Shown here piece by piece: positions 51,567-61,595 of a stretch of 64,000 nt of DNA; within the stretch, counting starts at the first letter, position 1, and each line of letters begins with the position of its first letter. The position numbers and the translations under genes were made by a program. The notes below the pieces were generated by a model. That model was not told where the DNA came from, did not search any database, and saw only the letters and a list, made by a program, of their open reading frames with translations. The DNA comes from Alphaproteobacteria bacterium (GTDB lineage: Bacteria > Pseudomonadota > Alphaproteobacteria > UBA828), in NCBI GenBank assembly GCA_965221125.1, contig CBDCRW010000006.1, positions 640,001 to 704,000 on the forward strand, written 5' to 3'.

Positions 51567-51941
51567 TCACTCCGCGCGGGGGGCGGTCGGGCCGTCGTCG
51601 CCGGGGAGTTCCAGCGGCTCGATATCGGTCGGCAGGTCGAGCTCGCCCGGCAGCACGAGGGGTTCGGCCTCAAGGGCCAGCGGGTCTTCCTCCACCGTAT
51701 CCAGCACCGACTCCCGGTCGGACCAGCTGCCGGAGAGGATGGCGAGCACCAGGCTCAGGATCATGAACGCCGCCGCCAGCCCCGCCGTCGCACGCGTCAG
51801 CAGGTTCGCCGTGCCGCGCGCCGAGAACATCGCGCCGGGACCGCCGATACCGAGCGCACCGCCCTCGCTGCGCTGGAGCAGCACGAGGCCGATCATCGCG
51901 ATTGCGATGATGATCAGGACCACGAGCAGGATCGTTTCCAC
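51567..51941 (-). CDS. secG: Preprotein translocase subunit SecG
   Basis: VLLQRSEGGALG...ARGTANLLTRAT; two TM helices; between tpiA and pyrG. Confidence 0.93.
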   Translation of the reverse strand: METILLVVLIIIAIAMIGLVLLQRSEGGALGIGGPGAMFSARGTANLLTRATAGLAAAFMILSLVLAILSGSWSDRESVLDTVEEDPLALEAEPLVLPGELDLPTDIEPLELPGDDGPTAPRAE

Positions 51942-51972
51942 CGCCGCTCCTTACCACTCTGTCCGGACGGGC

Positions 51973-52740
51973 TCAGCGGCACGCCCGGCAAATCTGCCAG
52001 AACGCGTCCGCAGAAAGGCTGGCTCCGCCGACCAGCACGCCTTCGACCCCCGGCGCGGCCAGGATGTCGCCTGCGTTCCGCGCCGTGACGGAGCCGCCAT
52101 ATAGCACGCGGAGCGCCGCTCCGCTCCCTGAAATTTGCCGCTCCCATGCGGCCCGCACTTGCCCGTGTGCCGCCCCGATATCGGCCGGGCCCGGCGTGCG
52201 GCCGCTGCCGATGGCCCAGACGGGCTCGTAGGCGATCGCGGTGTTCTCGGGCGTGGCGCCGGCGGGGAGCGATCCCTCGACCTGGCGGCCGATCACGGCG
52301 AGCGCGCGGCCCGCATCCCGGTCGGCCGCGCTCTCGCCCACGCAGACGATGGCGGTAAGTCCCGCCGCATGGGCCGCGGCGGCCTTGCCCGCGACCCATT
52401 CGTTGCTCTCGCCGTGGCTCGCGCGCCGCTCCGAATGGCCGACGATGACGTAGGCGCAGCCGGCGTCGGCGAGCATCGCAGCGCTCACGTCGCCGGTGTG
52501 GGCGCCCTCCGCCGAGACGTGGCAGTCCTGCCCGCCGAGCGCGATCCGCGTGCCCGCGAACACCGCCCGGAGCGCGAAGAGCAGCGTCGCCGGCGGGCAC
52601 ACGACGATATCGCCGCCGCAGTCGCCGGCAGTTGCGTGGGTTGCGAGCGCACCGGCGCGCGCGAGCCCATCGGCATGCAAGCCGTTCATCTTCCAGTTCG
52701 CGACGAGGAGCGGCCGGCGGGGCTGGGACTCGGGCGCCAT
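51973..52740 (-). CDS. tpiA: Triosephosphate isomerase
   Basis: ANWKMNG, GAHTGDVS, VGHSERR, AYEPVWAIG, LYGGSV, LVGGASL. Confidence 0.97.
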   Translation of the reverse strand: MAPESQPRRPLLVANWKMNGLHADGLARAGALATHATAGDCGGDIVVCPPATLLFALRAVFAGTRIALGGQDCHVSAEGAHTGDVSAAMLADAGCAYVIVGHSERRASHGESNEWVAGKAAAAHAAGLTAIVCVGESAADRDAGRALAVIGRQVEGSLPAGATPENTAIAYEPVWAIGSGRTPGPADIGAAHGQVRAAWERQISGSGAALRVLYGGSVTARNAGDILAAPGVEGVLVGGASLSADAFWQICRACR

Positions 52741-52998
52741 GGGAGCAATGTGGGTCGTGGATGGGCGTGTCTCGACGCGCGCGCGGGCATCCGCTGCGGA
52801 CGAGAGCCCAAGCTCTAGCACGGGCCGCGGCCCCGGACCAGAATTGTGGGGCCGGCAAGGGAACGGCGACGGGCCGCGGTCCCACTGCCCGGGCCGCAGG
52901 TTGCGTGTTGCCCGGTATGCACGGCCGCTCCTATTATCCGCCGCAACGCGCGCGCCGGAGCGGCGTGGGCGCGCCTCCACCACTGGGCAGGACCCGCG

Positions 52999-54903
52999 AT
53001 GCTGCAATCCATGCGCCAGGCCACCAAGTCATGGGCGGCCCGCGGCGTCATCATCATCCTGGCGCTGAGCTTCGGCGCCTTCGGCATCAACGACGTGTTC
53101 ACCGGCGGCAGCCGCTCCGCGGTGGCGACCGTGGGCGACGTCGACGTGCCGACGATCCTGTTCGACCGGCAGTTCCAGCGCGCCCTGCAGCGCGAGCGGG
53201 AGCGCTCCGGCCGCCCCGACCTGACCCGCGACGAGGCCCACCGTGCCGGCCTTACGGGGCAGGTGCTCAACCTGCTCGTGCGCGAGTACCTGCTGGACGC
53301 CGAGGCCAGCAGGCTCGGCCTGCGGGCGGCCGACGCGAGCGTGATGCAGGAGCTCGAGAGTTCGCCGGCCTTCAGCAACGAGCAGGGGCGGTTCGACCCC
53401 GAGCTCTACGATCTGGTGCTCGAGCGCAACAACATGACGCGGGCCGAGTACGAGGACCTGATCCGCGTCGACATCCTCCGCAGCCAGCTCCTGAACGCGG
53501 TCGGCGGCGAGCGCAACGTGCCGGAAGCGCTGATCGAGGCCGTCCACCGCTACCGCGCGGAGGAGCGCAGCGCGCGAGTCGCGCTGGTCTCCGCCCGCGG
53601 CATGACTGGTCTCACGGAGCCGGACGAGGCCGCGCTCAGCGAATACTACGAGGCGAACACGGCGTCCTTCATGGCGCCCGAGCGGCGCACCGCGGTGATC
53701 GTGCAGCTCACGCCGGAGGCCATGGTCTCGGAGATCGAGCTGAGCGACGAAGACGTCTACGCCGAGTACGAGGCACGGATCGACGAGTTCGACATGCCGG
53801 AGCAGCGCTCGGTGGTCCAGATCAACGCCCAGGACGAGGCGCTGATTCGGGAGGGCGCGCAGAGGCTGGCGGAGGGCGAGCTGTTCGACGTCGTGGCGGA
53901 CGACCTCAAGGGCCGCGGCGCGAGCGTGCTGCCGATCCCCGACTTCAGGGCCGACGGCCCGCTCAGGAGCGCGAGCGAGGCGGTGTTCGGCCTTGCCGAA
54001 GGCTCGGTCAGCGATCCGGTGCAGACCGCGTTCGGCTGGCATCTCTTCAAGGTCGACGACGTGAAGCCGGCGCGGCGCCTGAGCTTCGAGGAGGTGAAGC
54101 AGTCGCTGCACGACGAGATGGCGCTCGACCTGGCCGGCGCGGGCCTGTTCCGCCTCTCCACGGTGTTAGAAGACGAGCTCGGCGGCGGTGCCTCGCTGGA
54201 GCAGGGAGCCGCGGCGGTGGGCGTCGAGCCGATCGTTCTCAGCGGCGTCACCCGGAACGGGCTCGACCGGAGCGGGGCCCTGGCCCTCGGCGAGCTGAGC
54301 GAGCGGGACGACATCATCGCGCTCCTGTTCCAGACGGCGGAAGGCCGGGAATCGCACCTCACCGAGCTCAACGACGGGAGCTTCGTCATCCTGCGGGTGG
54401 ACGATGTGGCGGAGTCCGCGCCGCGGCCCCTGGAGGAGGTGCGGGGCGAGGTGCGGTCCGCGCTCATGCGCGAGGCGGAGAGGGAAGCGGCCGAGCGCGT
54501 GGCGAACGCGCTGGCCGACCGGGTGAGGGAAGGCGAAGACCTCGCCCGCGCGGCCCGCGATGCGGGCTTCGCCGTGACCACGCTCGACAACGTGCGGCGC
54601 GACGGGCAGGGCGCCGGGGCGGACGCATCCTTCGCGCTGATACGGGGGCTGTTCGAGGCGGACGAAGGCGAGCGCGAGCCCATCGTCGCGGCAACGGCGG
54701 GCGGATGGGGCGTCGCGGTGCTCACCGGGGTCAACGACGCCGGCCGGGGCGCGACGGGCGAGGAGCGCGACCGGCTGCGCGACCAGCTCACGCGCGCGTG
54801 GCGCGGCGACCTCACGGAAGCCTACCGCGCGGCGCTCTACGGCAGGCACGAAATCTCGGTGAACGAAGGCACGCTGTCCGCCCTGTTCAGCCAGCAGAAT
54901 TAG
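52999..54903 (+). CDS. ppiD: PpiD-like membrane-anchored chaperone (SurA N-terminal and parvulin domains)
   Basis: N-terminal TM LSFGAFGI, F.NEQGRFD, YRAEER, VSDPVQTAFGWHL; conserved position divergent from tpiA. Confidence 0.85.
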   Translation: MLQSMRQATKSWAARGVIIILALSFGAFGINDVFTGGSRSAVATVGDVDVPTILFDRQFQRALQRERERSGRPDLTRDEAHRAGLTGQVLNLLVREYLLDAEASRLGLRAADASVMQELESSPAFSNEQGRFDPELYDLVLERNNMTRAEYEDLIRVDILRSQLLNAVGGERNVPEALIEAVHRYRAEERSARVALVSARGMTGLTEPDEAALSEYYEANTASFMAPERRTAVIVQLTPEAMVSEIELSDEDVYAEYEARIDEFDMPEQRSVVQINAQDEALIREGAQRLAEGELFDVVADDLKGRGASVLPIPDFRADGPLRSASEAVFGLAEGSVSDPVQTAFGWHLFKVDDVKPARRLSFEEVKQSLHDEMALDLAGAGLFRLSTVLEDELGGGASLEQGAAAVGVEPIVLSGVTRNGLDRSGALALGELSERDDIIALLFQTAEGRESHLTELNDGSFVILRVDDVAESAPRPLEEVRGEVRSALMREAEREAAERVANALADRVREGEDLARAARDAGFAVTTLDNVRRDGQGAGADASFALIRGLFEADEGEREPIVAATAGGWGVAVLTGVNDAGRGATGEERDRLRDQLTRAWRGDLTEAYRAALYGRHEISVNEGTLSALFSQQN

Positions 54904-55525
54904 CGGGAGGCCGGCGCGCGATCACGAGCCGGACGACATCGTCGATCAGAAAGCGGTTCTCGACCAGCGTGAGGCCGGCAGGCTCGACGTGGCGATGCGG
55001 CTCGCGGTCGAAGCCCGCGCCGTAGGCCCAGCGCACCCAGGGCGCCCACAGACCCATGACCAGGCGCCGCACGGGCCGCCTGGACCACGTGTAGTCGAGC
55101 AGGCGGATCTCGCCGCCGGGCTTCAGGATGCGCCCGAGCTCGGCGAGCGCCGCCTGCTGCTGATCGGGCCCGAGGACGCAGAAGACGAAGCTCGCGACCA
55201 CGGCGTCGAAGCGCGAATCGGGGAAGGCGGTTTGCAGCACGTCCATCGCCGCGAGCGGGACGGTGCTGCCGAGCCCGTCGCGCCGAGCGCGCGCCTGCGC
55301 GAGCATCGCCTGCGAGAGATCGATGCCGACCACCTCCGCGCCGTCCGGGTAGTAGGGGATGTTGCGGCCGGTCCCGACGCCGGCATCCAGGATGCGCCCG
55401 CCCAGCCCAGCGAACAGCGTGCCCCGGATCGGTGCATAGCGCTTTCGCTCGAAGGAGCCGTCGAGCAGGTCGTACCAGGGCGCGATCCGCCGGTAGACCG
55501 CGCGCGCGTCGCCGCCGGCGCTCAT
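54887..55525 (-). CDS. Class I SAM-dependent methyltransferase (PmtA-like)
   Basis: YRRIAPWYD, ILDAGVGTG, GIDLSQAML, FVFCV, RILKPGG. Confidence 0.88.
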   Translation of the reverse strand: MSAGGDARAVYRRIAPWYDLLDGSFERKRYAPIRGTLFAGLGGRILDAGVGTGRNIPYYPDGAEVVGIDLSQAMLAQARARRDGLGSTVPLAAMDVLQTAFPDSRFDAVVASFVFCVLGPDQQQAALAELGRILKPGGEIRLLDYTWSRRPVRRLVMGLWAPWVRWAYGAGFDREPHRHVEPAGLTLVENRFLIDDVVRLVIARRPPANSAG

Positions 55526-55537
55526 GGCGAAAGAGTG

Positions 55538-55662
55538 TCCCCACCTCCCCTGTCCCCCGCCAAAGGGCGGAGGGGGAACGCAAGCCACGCCGGTCTTTTC
55601 TCCCTCTCCGCCCCTGAGGGATACCAAGAGGTCGGAGGAGAGGGTGGGGGAGAGGTGAGGGT
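55538..55662. repeat. Degenerate REP-like CCCTCTCC...GGAGAGGG palindromic element
   Basis: CCCCACCTCCCC...GGAGGGGG and CCCTCTCC...GGAGAGGG...GGGGGAGAGGTGAGGG arms, typical of alphaproteobacterial intergenic palindromes. Confidence 0.55.
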
Positions 55663-55936
55663 GTCTTTCATGGCATCAACCTGCACGCGCTACTGTTCAG
55701 CCGCGGGCGCGCAACTCTTGGTATTCGCGCGCAAGTATGCGCGACGTATTCGCGCGCAGGTGTGCGCGACCCGCACCATGGTGCGGTGCACGGGGCGGGC
55801 GGGTGGGGGCAGGCTCTGCGGATGCAGCGCGCAGACCATCGTCCTTCAGGGAACGCCGGGCCGGAGCGGCGCCGGGGAGCCGGCTCTTCGCCGGGCGCGC
55901 ATCCAGCGGGCTCCTGCAGCCGCCGGCACCGGCCGG

Positions 55937-56030
55937 CTTGTGCCACCTTGTGCCACCTTGTGCCACTTTGTGCCACTTTGTGCCGCCCGTTTCGTGCCAC
56001 CTTGTGCCACTTTGTGCCACCTTGTGCCGG
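55937..56030. repeat. 10-bp tandem array (C/T)TTGTGCCAC, about 9 units
   Basis: CTTGTGCCAC CTTGTGCCAC CTTGTGCCAC TTTGTGCCAC TTTGTGCC..., then a second run after a short interruption. Confidence 0.92.
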
Positions 56031-56083
56031 CGTATGCCGGAATATGCCGCTTTAAAGCCCTTTCCGTGAAAAACGGACGCGGG

Positions 56084-57208
56084 CTAGACCCGCAGGCCGG
56101 CCTGGCGCATCAGCGGCAGCACCTTCTCGCCGAAGTATTTCAGCTCCTCGTGGTAGTCGAGCCACGAGAGGATGAAGCCCTCGATGCCGATGTCGGCAAT
56201 GGCGAGCATCTTGTCGACCACCTGCTCCGGCGTGCCCACCAGCGGGTAGCCGCCCCAGCCGGCGATGAAGCGCTCGCCCATGGCGCGAAGCTCCTCCTTG
56301 TTCGCGCCGTACGAATAGTTCTCGCCCAGCATCAGCTCGATGATGGTGTTGGTGGCGCCCCAGTCGCCCTCGTCCACGATGCGGCGATAGAGCGCCTGCG
56401 CCTCCTCCTCGGTATCGCGGCAGCACACCAGGCCGTAGCTCATGACGCCGCAGCGGCGCCCGTGCGCCGCGGCCCGCGCGCGGATGTCCGTCACGATCTC
56501 TGCCGCGTTCTCCATCGTCGTGATGGAGAGGAAGTTGAAGTCGGCGAGCTTGGCGGAGAACTCGCGCCCGGCGGGGGACGAGCCCGCGTTGATGACGACC
56601 GGGTGCGGCTGCTGGAGCGGCTTCGGCGCCAGGAATCCCTGGTTGACCCTGTAGTACGCGCCCTCGTGGTCGAAGTCGTCCTCGGACCAGAGGCGCTTGA
56701 CGATGGAGAGCCATTCGTCCGCCATGACGTAGCGCTCGTCATGCGCGAGCTGCTCCATGCCGAACATCTCGATCTCCGGCTTGAACCAGCCGCAGACGAC
56801 GTTCAGCCCGAAGCGCCCGCTGGAGATGTTGTCGATGGTGGCCGCCTGCTTGGCGGCGAAGATGGGATGCACCGTCGGCACGTGGGAGGTGGCGAAGACC
56901 ATGATGTCCTGCGTGTGGCAGGCCATCGCGGCGGCCCAGGTGTAGACCTCCAGGTTGTTCCCGTTGAACTGGGTCGTACCGCCGAAGTGGCGCCAGCGGC
57001 CCACCGGCACCAGCAGCTCGAAGCCGAGCCTGTCCGCGAGCTGGCTGATCTTCACGCTGTGCTCGTAGGTGGGCTCGAACGTGGTCTCGGCGTGCGTGAT
57101 CGTGCAGCCGTTGGAGCAGTTCTGCCCGAACACGCCGAGCTTGAAGCGGTTCTCGTTGAAGACCGGCACGTTGCGTGCGCGCCAGTCGGCCGCGTCGTCA
57201 GGATGCAT
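56084..57208 (-). CDS. Luciferase-like (LLM) flavin-dependent monooxygenase
   Basis: FKLGVFG.NCSNG, ADRLGFELLVPVGRWR, HPIFAAKQAATID.ISSGRFGLNVVCGW, NAGSSPAGREF, LVGTPEQV. Confidence 0.92.
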   Translation of the reverse strand: MHPDDAADWRARNVPVFNENRFKLGVFGQNCSNGCTITHAETTFEPTYEHSVKISQLADRLGFELLVPVGRWRHFGGTTQFNGNNLEVYTWAAAMACHTQDIMVFATSHVPTVHPIFAAKQAATIDNISSGRFGLNVVCGWFKPEIEMFGMEQLAHDERYVMADEWLSIVKRLWSEDDFDHEGAYYRVNQGFLAPKPLQQPHPVVINAGSSPAGREFSAKLADFNFLSITTMENAAEIVTDIRARAAAHGRRCGVMSYGLVCCRDTEEEAQALYRRIVDEGDWGATNTIIELMLGENYSYGANKEELRAMGERFIAGWGGYPLVGTPEQVVDKMLAIADIGIEGFILSWLDYHEELKYFGEKVLPLMRQAGLRV

Positions 57209-57366
57209 GGTGGTCCCTCGGGTGAATTGCGCCGCGTACCTGTAGCCGGGCCGGAGGGTGTGTCAACGGCGCGCAACTGCGTGCGGCCGGAAAGGGCCGC
57301 GCAGACCATGACATCGGTGAGAATTCCAGGCTAGTCTCCGCGCCAACCAAGCCAGAGGAGGTCGCG

Positions 57367-58269
57367 ATGGCCAAGAAGGAAATCTTCGTCGGAATCGGCG
57401 TGGACGTCGATTCGGTGGCGGGGCAGATCGGCTCCTACGCCGGCGGCGATTCGCCGAGCGACATTTCGCGGGGCGTGTTCGCCTCCGAGGTCGGAACCCC
57501 TCGCATGCTCCAGCTCTTCGACCGGATGGGCATTCAGACCAGCTGGTTCATCCCCGGCCACTCGATCGAGACCTTCCCCAAGGAGATGAAGGCGGTCGCG
57601 GCGGCCGGGCACGAGATCGGAATGCACGGATACACGCACGAGAACCCGATCGCGATGACGCCCGAGCAGGAGGCGGACGTCCTCGACAAGAGCCTGGAGC
57701 TGGTGACCAAGCTCTACGGCAAGGCGCCCACGGGCTACGTGGCGCCCTGGTGGGAGATGAGCGCGTACACGCCGCACTTGCTGATGGAGCGCGGCATCAA
57801 GTACGACCACAGCCAGATGCACCACGACTTCGAGCCCTATTGGATGCGGATCAACGAGGAGTGGACGTTGATCGACTACTCCAAGCCGGCGAAGTCGTGG
57901 ATGAAGCCGATGAAGAAGGGCACCACCTTCCCCATCGTGCAGATTCCGGGCAGCTGGTACCTCGACGACCTGCCGCCGATGATGTTCATGAAGAAGGTGC
58001 CGAACTCCGGCGGCTGGACCAACCCGCGCGACATCGAGGACTGGTGGCGCGATCAGTTCGACTGGGTCTATCGCGAGATGGACTACGCGGTCTACACGCT
58101 CACCATCCACCCCGACATCTCGGGCCGGCCGCAGACGCTGCTGATGCTGGAGCGGATCATCGGCCACATCAGCGCCCACGAAGGGGTGATCTGGGCGACC
58201 TTCGACGAGATCGCCGACGACTTCATCAAGCGCCGGCCCTTCAAGGGCAAGCGGCAACGGAAGAGGTAA
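57367..58269 (+). CDS. Polysaccharide deacetylase (CE4; PgdA/HP0310- or PuuE-like cytoplasmic type)
   Basis: [57 protein letters not shown]; no signal peptide. Confidence 0.9.
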   Translation: MAKKEIFVGIGVDVDSVAGQIGSYAGGDSPSDISRGVFASEVGTPRMLQLFDRMGIQTSWFIPGHSIETFPKEMKAVAAAGHEIGMHGYTHENPIAMTPEQEADVLDKSLELVTKLYGKAPTGYVAPWWEMSAYTPHLLMERGIKYDHSQMHHDFEPYWMRINEEWTLIDYSKPAKSWMKPMKKGTTFPIVQIPGSWYLDDLPPMMFMKKVPNSGGWTNPRDIEDWWRDQFDWVYREMDYAVYTLTIHPDISGRPQTLLMLERIIGHISAHEGVIWATFDEIADDFIKRRPFKGKRQRKR

Positions 58270-58284
58270 CGGCGCAGGCCTCCG

Positions 58285-58647
58285 ATGTGCGCGCTCTGCG
58301 GCGTGTTCACCGACGGCCCGCATTGGACCGAGGCAGGCACCGATGCGGGCCGGCGCGCGGCAGCGCCCACCGGCCGGGAACGCCAGCTGGACCGCACGCG
58401 CCGGCTCGCGCTGCTCAACCGCGTGCTCTCGGCCTACGGCTGCGCGGCGGACGACTGGGCGGGCGCGCACTACATGGTGCATCGGGCGAGCGGCGGCGCC
58501 ACCGAGATGGCGACCGACCTGCCGGGGCTCTGGCTCGCGGTCGAGGGGCTGACCGGCCGCGCGCCCGACCCTTTGGACCCCGCCCTGGTCGCGCAGCTTG
58601 AGGACGCGCCGCCCGGTGGGCCGAAGCGCCCCCGACAGCGGGCGTAA
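58285..58647 (+). CDS. Hypothetical protein with N-terminal MCxxCG motif
   Basis: MCALCGVF...HWT...RLALLNRVL..YG...DW.G...LW..VE.LTGR..DPLDP; tightly packed between the deacetylase and the COG0523 gene. Confidence 0.75.
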   Translation: MCALCGVFTDGPHWTEAGTDAGRRAAAPTGRERQLDRTRRLALLNRVLSAYGCAADDWAGAHYMVHRASGGATEMATDLPGLWLAVEGLTGRAPDPLDPALVAQLEDAPPGGPKRPRQRA

Positions 58648-58652
58648 GGCCG

Positions 58653-59708
58653 ATGGCGACCTACACGCGGCTCACGCCGGTCATCGTCGTCACCGGGTTC
58701 CTCGGCAGCGGCAAGACGACGCTGCTCAACCACATGCTGCGCCATTCCTCGCTTGCTGACGCCGCGGTGCTGGTCAACGAGTTCGGCGCCGTCGGCCTCG
58801 ACCACTTCCTGGTGGAGGCGATGGACGAGAACACGGTGCTGCTGGAGAGCGGCTGCCTCTGCTGCACCATCCGGGGCGATCTCAAGGACTCGATCCTGGC
58901 ACTCAACAGCCGGCGCGCGCGGGGCGAGATCCCGCCCTACCGCCGGCTGATCGTCGAGACCACGGGCCTCGCCGACCCCGCCCCGATCCTCTACACGCTG
59001 AGCGCTGATACGGTGCTGAAGCACCACTACCGCCTGGGCTCGGTGATCACGACGGTGGACGGCGTGAACGGGCTCAGGCAGCTCAAGCGGCATCCCGAAT
59101 CGGTCAAGCAGGCGACGGTCGCGGACCGGATCGTGCTGACCAAGCCCGATATCGCCGACGCCGACACCCTCGCCCGGCTTCGCGCCAAGCTGACCCGGCT
59201 CAACCGGACGGCCGAGCTGATCACCGCCGTGAACGGCGCGGTGGACGTGCCCCGCCTGCTCCGCGCCGACATCTACGACGTGCGCACCAAGGGCGCCGAG
59301 GTGCGCCGCTGGCTCGCGGCCGAGGCCGAGAAGGACGCGGCGGAGGATGGCGCTCACGCTCACGGGCACGACGTCTCCCGCCACGACGCGCATATCCACT
59401 CCTTCACGCTGAGCTTCGAGGGCGCGCTCGACTGGACCGCCTTCGGCATCTGGCTGACCATGCTGCTGCACACCCACGGCGAGAACGTGCTGCGGGTGAA
59501 GGGCATCCTCAACGTCGCCGGCGCGCCCGCCCCGGTGGTGGTCAACGGCGTGCAGCACGTGGTCCACCCGCCCATCCATCTCGCCGCCTGGCCGGGCGAG
59601 GACCGCCGCTCGCACATCGTCTTCATCGTCGACGGCCTCGCGCAGGCGGACATCGAGCGCTCGCTCGCCGCCTTCAACGGCATCGCGGCCCCGGCCCAGG
59701 CCGCCTGA
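58653..59708 (+). CDS. COG0523/CobW-family metallochaperone GTPase
   Basis: TGFLGSGKTT, VNEFG, GCLCC, ETTGLADP, His-rich HAHGHDVSRHDAHIH, LRVKG. Confidence 0.93.
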   Translation: MATYTRLTPVIVVTGFLGSGKTTLLNHMLRHSSLADAAVLVNEFGAVGLDHFLVEAMDENTVLLESGCLCCTIRGDLKDSILALNSRRARGEIPPYRRLIVETTGLADPAPILYTLSADTVLKHHYRLGSVITTVDGVNGLRQLKRHPESVKQATVADRIVLTKPDIADADTLARLRAKLTRLNRTAELITAVNGAVDVPRLLRADIYDVRTKGAEVRRWLAAEAEKDAAEDGAHAHGHDVSRHDAHIHSFTLSFEGALDWTAFGIWLTMLLHTHGENVLRVKGILNVAGAPAPVVVNGVQHVVHPPIHLAAWPGEDRRSHIVFIVDGLAQADIERSLAAFNGIAAPAQAA

Positions 59709-59718
59709 GGAGTTCAAC

Positions 59719-60663
59719 ATGACCGACAAGATTGCCATCGTCGGCACCGGCCTGGTCGGCAGCGCCTGGGCGATCGTCTTCGCCCGCGCGGGCCATCAAG
59801 TCGCGCTCTACGACGGGACGGAGGGCCAGTGCGAGGCCGCGCTCGCGCGCATCGAGACCAACCTCGAAGCGCTGGAGGGCCACGGGCTGATCGACGATCC
59901 CGCCGCGGCGCGGGCGCGCATCTCCATCGCCGCAGGCCTGGCGCACGCGCTGGACGGCGCGACCCACGCGCAGGAGAGCGTGTTCGAGCGCGCCGACGTG
60001 AAGCGCGCGGTCTACGAGCAGATCGACGGGATCGCCGGGCCGGAGCTGGTCGTGGCGTCGTCCTCCTCGGGCATTCCCGCCTCCACCTTCACGGAGGGCT
60101 TGGCCATCGGCCCGCGCTGCCTGATCGCCCATCCCATCAACCCGCCCTACGTGATCCCGCTGGTCGAGATCGTGCCCGCGCCCTGGACCGAGGAAGAGAC
60201 GGTGACGCGCTGCTGGGCGCTGATGGAGGCGGCGGGCATGGAGCCGGTGAGGCTCACGCGGGAGATCGACGGCTTCATCGCCAACCGGCTGCAGGCGGCG
60301 CTCTTATGGGAGGCCTTCCGTCTGCTGGAAGGCGGCTATGCCACGGCGAAGGACATCGACACGACGATCTCGGCGGGCCTCGGCCGGCGCTGGTCCTTCA
60401 TCGGCCCGTTCGAGACCATCGACCTGAATGCGCCGGGCGGCTTGGCCGACTTCTGCGCGCGCCTCGGCGACGGCTTCTACGAGTTCATCAAGCAGAGCGA
60501 GCCGGCGCAGCCCTGGTCGGACGAGGTGGTCGCCAAGGCCCACGAGGAGCAGCGCGGCCGCCTGCCCATGTCAGAGCACGGCGAACGACAGGCGTGGCGC
60601 GACCGGCGCCTCATGGGCCTCGCGGCGCACCTGCGGGACGCGGGGCGAGATATCGGGGATTGA
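59719..60663 (+). CDS. 3-hydroxyacyl-CoA dehydrogenase family (L-gulonate/carnitine 3-dehydrogenase-like)
   Basis: IVGTGLVGSAWA, QESVFE, ASSSSG, AHPINPPY, GFIANRLQ, GLGRRWSFIGPFE. Confidence 0.88.
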   Translation: MTDKIAIVGTGLVGSAWAIVFARAGHQVALYDGTEGQCEAALARIETNLEALEGHGLIDDPAAARARISIAAGLAHALDGATHAQESVFERADVKRAVYEQIDGIAGPELVVASSSSGIPASTFTEGLAIGPRCLIAHPINPPYVIPLVEIVPAPWTEEETVTRCWALMEAAGMEPVRLTREIDGFIANRLQAALLWEAFRLLEGGYATAKDIDTTISAGLGRRWSFIGPFETIDLNAPGGLADFCARLGDGFYEFIKQSEPAQPWSDEVVAKAHEEQRGRLPMSEHGERQAWRDRRLMGLAAHLRDAGRDIGD

Positions 60664-60687
60664 GCGGGTGGCTCCGCCCGCCGGCCC

Positions 60688-61533
60688 TCAGTAGCGATAC
60701 CCGGTCAGCGCCTCGCTCAACTCCCACAGGCGTCGCGCGGTCTCCTCGTCGCGCGAGACGAGCGAGCTGGTGGCCTCGCGGCTCTTGTCGAAGTAGCGGC
60801 CAGAGACGCCTTCGACATCGGCGCTGGTCGCGACGTGAACGCTGGTGCGCGCGCCGGCCTCCACGTCGATGGCGGAGAAGCGCATGATGGTCTTCAGTAT
60901 CGTCACGAATAGCCAGCCGTTGTTCTGCCCGAATTTGCTGGCAACGAAGCCGGGGTGCAGGCAATTGGCGGAGACCGGCGTCCCCTCAAGCAGCGCCGCG
61001 AGGCGATAGGTGAAGAGGACGTTGGCGAGCTTGCTCTGCGCGTAGGCCGTCCAGCCCCTATAGCGCCGCGTGCCCTGCGGGTCTTCGAGGTCCATCCGCC
61101 CGCTGCGGTGGGCCTCGGAGGCGACGTTGACGATGCGGCCCGCGGCGCTCGCCTTCAGGCTCTCCAGCAGGAGCCCCGTCAGCAGAAAGTAGCCGAGATG
61201 GTTGAGGGCGAAGGTCATCTCGATCCCGTCCGCGCTCTCGCGCCGGCCGGTGAACATGGCGCCGACGTTGTTGACCAGAACGTCGATCGCCGCGCGGCCG
61301 CCGGTGAGGCGCTCGGCCAGCGCCCTGATCTCGTCCTGGCTGGAGAGGTCCGCCTGCTCGAAGCGCACGCGGTCGTTGCGCGACGAGCGCTGGATCGCCT
61401 TGCAGACCTCCGCGCCCTTGGCCGCGTTGCGCCCGACGAGGACGACCTCGGCGCCCCGCTCGGCCAGCGCCCGCGCCGTGACGCGGCCGATGCCGTCCGT
61501 GGCGCCGGTGACGACACAGAGCTTGCCTTCCAT
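60688..61533 (-). CDS. Short-chain dehydrogenase (retinol dehydrogenase-like SDR)
   Basis: VVTGATDGIG, LVNNVG, NHLGYF, YAQSKLAN, LHPGFVAS. Confidence 0.92.
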   Translation of the reverse strand: MEGKLCVVTGATDGIGRVTARALAERGAEVVLVGRNAAKGAEVCKAIQRSSRNDRVRFEQADLSSQDEIRALAERLTGGRAAIDVLVNNVGAMFTGRRESADGIEMTFALNHLGYFLLTGLLLESLKASAAGRIVNVASEAHRSGRMDLEDPQGTRRYRGWTAYAQSKLANVLFTYRLAALLEGTPVSANCLHPGFVASKFGQNNGWLFVTILKTIMRFSAIDVEAGARTSVHVATSADVEGVSGRYFDKSREATSSLVSRDEETARRLWELSEALTGYRY

Positions 61534-61595
61534 GGCTCGCCTCCCCCTCCACCGTCCCTGCCGTTCTCTGCAGCTTGGCAGCCGGTGGCGGCGGG

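Noticed and set aside
52741-52998. Three CGGGCCGC motifs in the tpiA-ppiD intergenic region
   Set aside because: Short GC-only words with irregular spacing are expected by chance at this GC content.
55937-56030. Array of sigma54 promoters (TGGCAC on the minus strand) or a repeat protein (CATLCHFVP)
   Set aside because: The GG-to-GC spacing is one base short of the -24/-12 rule; the ORFs have no RBS support and simply translate the repeat.
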